NCBI RefSeq assembly: GCF_018350175.1
Contig: NC_058368.1
Span: forward strand, 192,574,001-192,638,000
Source: Felis catus
Taxonomy: Eukaryota
Length of the DNA stretch: 64,000 nucleotides
Reading direction: 5' to 3'
Below are positions 38,751 to 48,439 of the stretch, one piece after another. Within the stretch, counting starts at the first letter, position 1. Each line of letters begins with the position of its first letter. A program made the position numbers and the translations under genes. The notes under the pieces were generated by a model. That model saw only the letters and a list, made by a program, of their open reading frames with translations, was not told the DNA's origin and made no database searches.

Positions 38751-39539
38751 TAATATTCTTTTTCCATAACCTTGATTTATGTTACTTACTAGACAATGGG
38801 CAGCGTCAGGTTCACCTTAAATAGATTGTGTATTTTTGAGGCAGTTACAAACCTAAGAATGGACAGGGTTGCCTCTGTTCCCTGCCCCCACCCCCAACAC
38901 ATGCTCTCTTTCTCTCCCGTTTTCTCTCTTTCTCTTAGTGTTTCTTTAGGAAAGAATGGAGGCAAACTGAAAATGGATTAGTTTAGTAACGGAGGGCCTT
39001 CATTCCTAGCTGCGCCCCAACCTTTGCGCCCGTGTTTTGCCACCTGTAAAACAAGGGGCCCATATAAGGAACCAGAGGCCCCGCTTCACGCAAGAACGCA
39101 CAGAATGCTGCTGCGCACAGTTGCAGGAAGCTCAGGGATCCCCGAAGCGAAAAGGTAGAGAATGGAATGTCAGCGTGTGGCTTGGACCCTCTCTGGCTGG
39201 ACCAGTCCTCATCCCAGGAAAGGGGGGAATAAGGAGAGACAGAGGCTGCCATCAGTCGGGTCTTCCCTAGAGGTCTGGCCTCCAGCGGCGTCTCTGCCAC
39301 TCATTGGCTGTGTGCCCTTAGGTAAACTTCTTTCCCTCTCTGCGCCGGTTTCCCCTATTTGTCCTAACAAGATCTCTCCATAGACTTGCTGCTTTCCCAC
39401 ATCAGCGAAGTCCAGGAGTCCTGTCACACTAGGACGTTATAGGAGAAATCAATCGACAAGCTTTCTCTCTCTCCCCTGCCCTAACTGTCCCCGGACCCAG
39501 GAAGCGGATTGGGCTAGATTGGAAAGCCCTAGGCACTCT

Positions 39540-40070
39540 TTAGATGCCGCAGAGAAATGTTTAAGGGATTTGCGCGCTCAAGCTGCGGGGTAAATGGCCC
39601 GCGGGCTGATTTATGGTGCGTTACTGCGCGACGCGATTCCCCAAGACAGCGAGAATATTTTACACGGCGCTAATATAAACAGGCGGCCGGCCGGGTCCTT
39701 TTTATGGAGTTCCTGTAATTACCCGGGCCCTGACAGGTCTTTGATTTACGGCCCTATTTAGATAAGGGGTCCGGTGCGGGGATTGCCGGTGGCGTCAAGG
39801 TCACGGGACTCGGTGGGAGAAGTTTTTGCGGTGGGCGCTGAGGCGCAGGCTCTCAGGCCTTCCTGTCCAGGGGCGAGGGGTGGAGGCGAGGGGTGGAGGT
39901 GGGAGTAAGGGGAGGAGTGGGGCAAGGTCAGGAGAAGGACCCCTAGGCCCAGGTCGAAGTCACTCCGGAGCGGCTGGTACAGCCAGCCCACTGTACAGAT
40001 GGGGGAACTGAGTTTCGCAGGGCGCCCGAACTCCCCCCAAATCATACAACGAGTGAAATGCCGGTGGGTG
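39540..40070. promoter_or_regulatory. Upstream CpG island with PBX-HOX, MEIS and GATA motifs
   Basis: Dense CpG; TGATTTATGG 39607, TGACAG 39731, TGATTTACGG 39742, AGATAA 39760. Confidence 0.7.
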
Positions 40071-40649
40071 GGAAGCAATTCAAGCCTCTGGCGACAGAAC
40101 CCCCACATCTGGCAAAGCTCGGTCTCCCTCACCTCCAGCCTTAGGCAGTGGGGTTCTGTAGGGTAGTTGGGGAAAGAGGAAGACTCCAATGCGGTCAGAA
40201 ACAGGCTTGGGTAGATCAGGACACAAAACTTCGAGCGGTGACCAGTGGCCTGGACTCTCCCTGTCCAGTGCTATGCAGTCGTATGGACTCCCAAACTCCA
40301 TTTCTTCCCTTGCTAAATTAGTCCCCCAAACAGAGCACTACTTATCCAGGTTTACTGTTATCATGCTAAGAGCTTCACCTATATTATTTCAATCGGCCTT
40401 AAGCCAGCACTCTAGGCGGGTGGTTACCTTATACCAATTTACAGAGGAGGAAACTGAGGATCTTAAGGTTCCCATAAGGAGGGGCGACAGTGGCGGATTT
40501 CAACCCAAGTGCACCAGATTCCGTAGCCAGTCTCTCTTAAGCACTCCTTTACTGCAGTTTTTTAACCTCTCTGTGCTTAAGCTCTCTGCCCTGTAAGATG
40601 GGGGTAGAGTTCTTGCCGGACCTCACTAGCACACTTGGAGGAAAAAGCA

Positions 40650-41300
40650 CGCATTTGAAAACGCTGAGAGTGCCAGACCATCAGAAGGCGCTCTCCGGGT
40701 GAGCACGGCGGGGTACCGGAAGGGGGGGGGCCCTGGAGCGTGTGGCCAGGCGCGTAGGCCGCTCGGACTGCGCAGCTCCTTATCCTGGGTCTGCAGACTT
40801 GGGCCGGGCCTCCCATTAGGCCTCCTAGAGTGGAGCGCTAAGCCTGCGTCCGCGCAGAGAGCAACAAGGGTGGGGTCCGTGCAACAGTCCAGAACTGGGA
40901 ATGGAAACTCCAGACTATCAGTTCTTTCTTCTGAAACTGGGGAAACTGAGGCTCAGAAAGGGAAAGGAACGCACGTGTCTTATCTCTCAATCGGCAGTTT
41001 CGGCCTGGGGCGGAGAGAGCGTCCTCACCAGGTCCCCATTGCCGAGTTTTGCCGCACTCCAAACGCACCTGAGCCGAGCTGAAGTTAAAAGTACACTGGA
41101 GTCCTCCTGAAGGCCGAGGCTGGAGCCTAGGCGCCTTGCGGTCTGCGCGGGCGATCTCGGTGGCGTCCATCCTGCTGGAGGCCGCCAAACCCGAAGCCCC
41201 AGCGCGTCCCCTAGGGCTGCGTTCCCAGTGCGGGCGCCGCTTGGCTGACGGCTTCCACTCCTCCGCGCCCAGGTGTGGGGCTTGTGCGGGGACAGAAACA
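40650..41300. promoter_or_regulatory. Upstream CpG island
   Basis: High GC and CpG density by inspection. Confidence 0.65.
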
Positions 41301-43984
41301 GCTTTTTCTGTAGCCCAGGTGACTGGGGGGCACCCTGCTCTTTGCCCAGGAGAGGCTGCCGGTCACTCTCAGGGCCCTCAAGGGAGTCATCGTCCAGTAG
41401 TGATAATGCATTTCCTACCACACTAACCAGGAAAGATCTCTGGGGGTGTATTTGGCCCCCGAGTGATCTGTATTAAGGTGGGGGAACCGACTTGGATGTG
41501 TGTGGGTGGATGCTGGAGCTGTGAATTTGTATGTGCATAATTGCCAGTATGTATATGAGTGCTTGCCCTTCATGTGGGTGCTGGCACAGTGTGCCTCTAT
41601 CGTTCAACTTCATTTCCAGGGCTTGTGAATGTGGTTGTATAGGCAATATAGAATATATGTCAGGCTGTCTTAAAGTGTTTGCAATCCGTGTGACTGTGTG
41701 TAGTGTTGCACACATGTGAAAACGTCTACGTCTGAGCACCTGTGTGTACAGAGTAGTCATTGCGGCTGTGCACCTGGGTATGTTTTCGGGACTGAAGACT
41801 TAGTTTCCACATGGAGAATACGTGAAATGTATGATGAGATTTTCAGAAGTCCGTGCTGTGTTGATAATTGTGAGGAGTTGTAAGAAAATACAAATTGGTG
41901 TGCCGTGCACAACCGTGGGCGTAAGACTATGCGTAAAACCCTGCAGCTGTGAGCTACTTACATAGAATTCGTGTGCCTCTACTGAGTGATGGTATCTTTA
42001 TGCCTGCCTGCTTACAGGTTGGGGAGTGGCTCCTAGCTGTAACACATCTGAATCGGGATGTGTGCCCTGTGGGTGACAGAGAGATAATGTATAAAATTCT
42101 AGGAATGCATGAATATTGAAGTGCTGTGTGTCTTGTGGGTGTCAATGTGTTATCGTGGGAACACGCATACTTTTTGGCGTCTGTGTGGATACTGGGCTTC
42201 TGTGGATGCCAGTGATTTTTGTGAGCCCGTGTGCACATATATGCGCATGGGTTATCAGGAGCCCCAGTGTGCTGCTGCGTGATGCTGCGGGTGAAGGTCG
42301 GCTGGGTGTGTGTTGAGGACAGAGGTCCCTCTCCCCAGGGTAATTACAACTCTCTACCCGGACACCCTCACTGGTGAGCGCCTCCAGGCCAGGCAGGCGC
42401 GGACCCCGTGGAGCCGAGGCTGAACCAGGCGCCTGGAGCTCCCTCCCGGCAAGCCTCCGGCTCTGCGATCGGCCCAACCCCGGTGCTGCTGGCGCCAGGC
42501 GCCCGGGAGAGCGGCGGGTTTCCAGCCCGCCTCAGGCAGGAAACCAGGACCTCCCTTCCCCCCACCCCTGCGCACCTCTAGCCCTGCCGAGCTCCCACAA
42601 GTGGAACCTGCCCAGGACTTGGGCAGAAGTGGAACTTGTCCTCTTCTCTCCTGTGGTGTCCCCTCCTGGATCCATGTATTTGCAGGAGAAAAGTACATCT
42701 CCACGGGCTACCAACCCCAAGGATAATCTTTGATCTTCCTTACCTTTCCTATCCCCACAAGGAGAGAGTGGACCTTTCTCCCTCTGCCTCTGTACTAGTA
42801 GGTCCGGCACATAGAGGGAGGTCAATAAACAATGTTGAATGAGTGCATAAAGGAGTGAATTTGTCCTTTGGAAAGAGCAGTCACATATTTATCTTCTGCC
42901 TGCTCCTGGACATCACTGTGGAGAGAAAGGCGCATTCCCTCAGCCCCACCTAGGGAAGGCGGTTGGCTGGGAAAGGCTGGTGTGGATGGGGGCGCCCAGG
43001 TATGAGGGCATCAGCTGGGAAGCTACCTCCGTGGGAGATGAAAGAGAATTCTAGGAGAAACACCACCACCCAGGGATTTCCAGGTCCCAATGAGAGCCCT
43101 GGGAAAGGCCCTTGTGGAGAGAACTGGAGATTCAGAGAGGCCCTAGCTGGGAGGGGAAATGGCGGAGGTCTGCCCAGCCAGGATGTCCCTCTGCTTTGGT
43201 GGGTGTGAGATACTGCCATGGCAGTTCTCTGGCTGTGCCAGCCTTGTGAACAGCGTGGAGGTCGGGGTCCCCTCGCTATGTGTTTACTGCCAAACGCAGA
43301 TTTCTCTTGGTGTGAGCCCTGGTGCTGGTGTCTTTAGACAAGTGAACATTCTCAAGCAGTGACGATCTGGGTGGAGTGACCCAATGTGGCTGTGCTTCGG
43401 GCCTTCCATCCAGCCTTTGGACTGCATCTAGCGCCCGGAGGCGAGAAAAGTGACTCTCAGGCCCTGGAGCCCGGAACAAATCATTAACTGCCTCTGGGCT
43501 TGGAGCCTGCCTTCCTTCACTTCCCCCTCCCTCACACTCCAGTCTTCTCCAGCCAGTGGCAGTCTTTGGGATGGTGTAGATGCCTTGGGCAGAAGAGCAT
43601 GCCCTACTGGGCTCCACAGTACGGTTCACAGTCCCTGCCAGGTGGGAATGATGACTAAAGGCTGGAGGTGCTTAGGGGAGACCATTAAGGGCCTATGCTG
43701 CCTCCAGCAAGGACCTCTCATCTTCTGACTCTGAGGCTGATGGGAGTAGATGGAGCTCAGGACTGAGAATGGCTAGAATTTCGATTCTGAGTTCTGTACA
43801 GTCTAGAAACAAGAAACTTTCTCTGTCTGGGTCTCAGTTTCCGTATCTGTAAAATCAAGGAGTGAGCTCTACATGAAGGCCTTCTTTTCGCTGGATGATT
43901 CTGGATGCCTTTCCTTGGGTCCACAGGAAGGAGGTGGCAGCCACCGTCTAGGGTGTTGACAGGCTTGTGCCTCAAGTACGTAGC

Positions 43985-44220
43985 CCCCGCCTCCGCCCAG
44001 CCGGGAACTGGGGGTGGGGAGGCAGAGGCGGGGCCGCCTCCCTGTCCCCGCAGGCGGCCTAGAGTCCGGTGGTGCTAGCTGAGCTTAAAGCCAGGGACGG
44101 CCACCCCTTTTCCTCCTCCCCGCCCCCCTGCCATTGGCTCCGGGGAGAGGTTGACATCAAAGCCGTGGCCTTATATAAGCCAGACCCTGAAGAGGAGGCC
44201 GAAGAAGGGTTAAATAGGTC
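43985..44220 (+). promoter_or_regulatory. HAND1: HAND1 core promoter (GC boxes, inverted CCAAT, TATA box)
   Basis: CCGCCC/GGCGGG boxes at 43987-44033 and about 44120, ATTGG at 44133-44137, TATATAA at 44172-44178. TSS inferred near 44200-44205. Confidence 0.8.
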
Positions 44221-44410
44221 TCCCGGCGTCGGCGTCCTAGCTTGCGAGAGGCCGGTGGGCTGCGCGTCTGTCTCCAGCCTTGCCCCAGACTCTCCGAAAG
44301 CGGCGTCCAGCAGAGCGCCGCCCCAGAGCCCACGGGTGGCCCCGGCAGTCTCTCGGGCGCATGGGGCGGCGCTAATCGGGCTGGAGGCGCAGGCCAGGGG
44401 CCGCTCCAAC

Positions 44411-44962
44411 ATGAACCTCGTGGGCAGCTACGCACACCATCACCACCATCACCACCATCACCACCCACACCCAACGCACCCCATGCTCCACGAACCCTTC
44501 CTCTTCGGCCCGGCCTCGCGCTGTCACCAGGAGCGGCCCTACTTCCAGAGCTGGCTGCTGAGCCCCGCTGACGCTGCCCCAGACTTCCCCGCCGGCGGGC
44601 CACCGCCCACAGCCGCGGCGGCCACCGCTGCCTACGGTCCGGACGCCAGGCCCGGCCAGAGCCCCGCGCGGCTGGAGGCGCTCGGCGGCCGGCTGGGCCG
44701 GCGGAAAGGCTCGGGACCCAAGAAGGAGCGGAGGCGCACGGAGAGCATTAACAGCGCGTTCGCAGAGCTGCGCGAGTGCATCCCCAACGTGCCTGCCGAC
44801 ACCAAGCTCTCCAAGATCAAGACGCTGCGCCTGGCCACCAGCTACATCGCCTATTTGATGGACGTGCTGGCCAAGGACGCTCAGGCCGGCGACCCCGAAG
44901 CCTTCAAGGCCGAACTCAAGAAGGCGGATGGCGGCCGCGAGAGCAAGCGGAAAAGGGATCTG
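44411..44962 (+). CDS. HAND1: HAND1 coding exon 1 (codons 1-184: poly-His, Ala-rich segment, bHLH domain)
   Basis: ATG at 44411 in context CCAACATGA. Translates MNLVGSYAH10[32 protein letters not shown]...[50 protein letters not shown]...RESKRKRDL, the recognisable HAND1 sequence. Ends at a phase-0 donor CTG|GTAAGT (44963). Confidence 0.98.
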
Positions 44963-46483
44963 GTAAGTCAGGGGGCCTGCAGGCGCCGGCCAAGGGTGCT
45001 GGCTGGGTGAGCACCCGCAGGCCCTGTATGAGCGGAAGGGGTTTGCGTTGCTGTGTGTGCGATTTTGAGAGGCTGCGGAGAGCTCTGAGGCCGTAGTGTG
45101 GGATCGCGTGTGTGGTGGGAGGCAGATTCATATTTGAATTAATTTGTAGGGAAGATTCAGACCCGAGAAAATGCACACATCTTCTATTTCGCTTCCAATT
45201 TCAAAGGGGTCTTGATCCATCCCCGGGCTTTCCGGGAATCCACGTTAAGAATGCTGCAGGAATTTGTTACTTTAATGTGCCTGAGTGTCGATTTATGCAC
45301 GTGGACTCAGTTACTGTTTTCCAAGGGTTTTTGCTGGAGAGGCTAGGCTACTAACATTGTTGTACGGATAGGGAAACTGAGGCCCAGAGTGGGACGGGGA
45401 GGTAAAGGTCATCCACCCGAGGACTCAGAGGTGGAGCTGGGGTAAAACAAGTCAGGTCTTCTACTCCCATTCCGGGGCGCGTCCCACTGCCCCACTGCCC
45501 AGGAGCTAGTTCTGAGGGCGACCTTGATTGTTTTGTGTGTAAAGGCTGACAACCAAGAGGCACGGGTCTCACCTACTGCTTTTGGCTTTGGAGATCGCAG
45601 TCCCTACTCGATCCTCTCCAGTGAGGGCGACACTTACTGGAGCGCGGTTCCGCTGGGCTAGGGCTCTGGGACCTCCGAAGGAGGCGATTTCCAGGCTGGC
45701 GAACTATTTTCTCTAAATTGCTGCGCTCAGGCCCGCCGCACGTTTGGCTGTAGAGCCCCGCCGGGTTTTCTTTGACCCACAGGGGCTGTAGTAAACTAGG
45801 GATAGCTCATCTGGGGAGACTGGGAAAGATCGATAGGCATCGAGTCTCCAAACAGCCGTCGGGATGTAGGAAAGGCAGGCCGGGGCGATGCCTGCCCGCC
45901 GGGAGTTTTTGGGCGTATCCCCACCCACTGCTGGTCGCCGCCTCCTTCAAGTAGCACCGCTTGGTTTCTGCTAAGAGCCGGGAAGGAGGATGGCGGGCCA
46001 GGCCCACTGGTTCCTCCTTCGCCCAGCCACCTGAGGCTCCCAGTCCACTAGCAGAGAGACTCAACCCAGTAGCCAGCCCAGACGCTAAACTAGGTTGGAA
46101 AGCGAGTGGGACTTGTAGGGGGAGCAGGTCCGAGAGCGGGAAAATTGTCGATTCCCACTCTTCCCATTCCAACGCCTCTGCGGCCATCCTTTGGCGCCCT
46201 AAAGCCAAAAGTACGCGCATCAATTTCACCAGGCACAGAAAATCCTCGTTACCAAACCTCCAGAAGTTGCCCAACCCATCCGGGCCCCCAGGAACTCTGG
46301 CGCATAAAGGCAAATTTACGAGCCTGTTTGTCTATGTCGCAAACAGAAATCCGTCACTTATTTAAAGGCGCCCAGTTACTTCTCCCAAAACCTTCTCCCC
46401 ACCCCAACTCTATGCCTGGGCGATCGGAGCAGAAAAATTTAAACCTGTCTCTCGCCTCTTTTCTTGTGTGTGTCCTCTGGCAG
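44963..46483 (+). other. HAND1: HAND1 single intron (GT-AG, 1521 nt)
   Basis: GTAAGT donor and pyrimidine-rich CAG acceptor join the two coding exons in frame. Confidence 0.95.
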
Positions 46484-46770
46484 CAGCAACACGAAGGCTT
46501 TCCTCCTGCCCTGGGCCCAGGAGAGAAGAGGATTAAAGGGCGCACAGGCTGGCCGCAGCAAGTCTGGGCGCTGGAGTTAAACCAGTGAGCTGAGGCCGCG
46601 CCGAGGACCCCTTCACCGCTGCCCGACACCCGGAGCCCCGGGAGGAGAGGAAGGCGGCGGCGAGGGCCAGGCTCTGGGTGCCGGGGGCTTATAAGGGCGC
46701 ATCCCGCAGAGCCTCTGCTGCGTGCTGGCAGGTCGCTGGCTGCAACAACACACTTGGATCGCACGTGCAA
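45450..46770. promoter_or_regulatory. CpG-rich segment over intron/exon 2
   Basis: Frequent CG dinucleotides through the 3' half of the intron and exon 2. Confidence 0.7.
46484..46588 (+). CDS. HAND1: HAND1 coding exon 2 (34 aa + stop; HAND C-terminal motif)
   Basis: Polypyrimidine tract then CAG acceptor (46481-46483). Encodes [37 protein letters not shown], containing the HAND-family [15 protein letters not shown] motif. Confidence 0.97.
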   Translation, partial: QQHEGFPPALGPGEKRIKGRTGWPQQVWALELNQ

Positions 46771-47228
46771 TGTCATTTGAAGTTGATTTTAATACATTAA
46801 GAGAAAGAGAAATATATATATATATCCACACCCCCCCCCCAAACTGAGAGAGTGGCTCTTGGCTGCACAATGCGGGAGAAAGGGACTGCGGGACTCCAGC
46901 GCGCTAAAAAGCACCCTTCCAACCCTCTTGGGGCGAATTTAGAACCCCCATGCTTTCTCCACTATGCCTTCTGGCTCTCTTCCTCGTTCTCCAGTCAGCT
47001 TTGCGGCAAAACCCCCCAGGCGCTCTCTTTCCTAATTAAAATGCAATAAGAGGAATCAGTAGTTTTCTGCCAGGGAAAGAGAACCAAACCAGGAAGATGG
47101 AGGGGTGCCTTTTGTTGTTGTTCTCCTACAAACAGTGCTGTTTTATTTTATTTTATTTTATTGTCGCTGCACTTCCTACTTAGTTTCAAGGGAAACGCTT
47201 TCTCTCTTTCCTTTCTTTCTCTCCCTTA

Positions 47229-47378
47229 CTTCCTTTTCCTTTCCTTTCCTTTCCTTTCCTTTCCTTTCCTTTCCTTCCTTCCTTCCTTCTTTCCTTTCCT
47301 TTCCTTTCCTTTCCTTTCCTTTCCTTTCCTTTCCTTTCCTTTCCTTTCCTTCTTCTCTCCTTTCCTTCCTTCCTTCCT
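47229..47378. repeat. (TTTCC)n/(TTCC)n pure pyrimidine tract in the HAND1 3' UTR
   Basis: 150 nt containing only C and T on the + strand. Confidence 0.97.
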
Positions 47379-47546
47379 AAATAAAAACTTTTCCCTATGT
47401 TGAAAAGTTTTTATGTATTTAAACTACCTACCATGCCTGCTGTGCTCAGGTGTTTATTACCCCATCCCTACCCTTTTTCTACCTCAAACCTATAAGACCA
47501 CTCACCGCCCCCTCCCTTTGCCAAAGCAGTATCTATGCTCTTGACG

Positions 47547-47552
47547 AATAAA
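47547..47552 (+). terminator. HAND1: HAND1 polyadenylation signal
   Basis: AATAAA followed about 30 nt later by GTGATGTCTTGGTGGGT (47581-47597). A second AATAAA lies at 47380-47385. Confidence 0.75.
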
Positions 47553-48439
47553 AGATTTTCTGAAATCGGAGGTAGCCTGCGTGATGTCTTGGTGGGTATA
47601 TCCACTGGCCCCATCATTTCTGCTAGGTAGAGAACCTCCTGTTCTGACTTCTGTTTTGATAAATGTCAAACCAAGTTACGAATCCAGTCAGGAAAAGGAG
47701 GCAGATAAAGGATTTATTCGGGGGACAAAGAAAGTTCTTAGAATATAATGAACCCACAGAAGGGAACACTGGAAACGAATTAGACCCGGAGAGGACAGTC
47801 TGGGATTTATGTGGGTCAGCACTGGGGCTTGTGTGTAGGATAGTATGCACACCAGTATCTGCAGGCAGTAAGTAGTTTGGGGTTATTGGGAAGGGGGCTT
47901 GGCACACAAACCACCGGCATCCGAAGGCAGTGCAACTTGGAAGGGGGGGGGGCGGTTTGCACTGGGGAATATGTTCCTGTACGTGAGATTCTGATCTTAT
48001 AGGTGTGCGTGTAATAGTGCAGGAACTCACACGGAGCGCCACAGCTATGCCGGGGGCCACCACAGGGTCTGCCTAGGGCAGCTCCCAGCACGCATGACAA
48101 ATCATAGCGGTTACTACTTTATCCGTGAGTAAAGTAAGCTTGTGAGTGCTTATGGTTACAGCGAGACAATTAAGTTTCTTTCCATCAAGAAAGCACTCAA
48201 CAAATACTTGTGAGAGAGCATCTGGATTTGTGCAAAAGCGGGGGAGTGTGTGTGTGCATGCTAATTAGGGCACTTCGTGCACGACAGCTGGTTTCGTGAC
48301 CCCTCGTGCGCACCCATGACTGGGTGTGGGGATGAGTAGAAGCGGTGCATTTGCTAAGGTGCGGATGCAAGGAAAGCTAAAGTGGGGCAGGCAAACGCTG
48401 GCGTTACGAGTCCCCAAGTAACAGTGTACAGATAACTAG

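Larger units (their letters stand above)
43980..45120. promoter_or_regulatory. CpG island over HAND1 promoter/exon 1
   Basis: Very high GC and undepleted CpG by inspection. Confidence 0.9.
46589..47575 (+). other. HAND1: HAND1 3' UTR
   Basis: Follows the stop codon and runs to AATAAA at 47547 with a downstream GU-rich element; exact cleavage site not determinable. Confidence 0.75.

Noticed and set aside
44169..44180. CArG/SRF box at the TATA element
   Set aside because: CCTTATATAAGC does not fit CC(A/T)6GG; better read as a TATA box.
44069..45010. 313-aa ORF as the full HAND1 protein
   Set aside because: It starts at a GTG upstream of the TATA box and reads through the splice donor into the intron. 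The real CDS starts at ATG 44411 and splices at 44962.
46106..46483. N-terminal part of the 160-aa ORF 46106-46588
   Set aside because: Intronic open frame; only the last 34 codons match HAND1.
47105..47403. Hydrophobic FPFLS-repeat ORFs
   Set aside because: Translation artefact of the (TTTCC)n tract.
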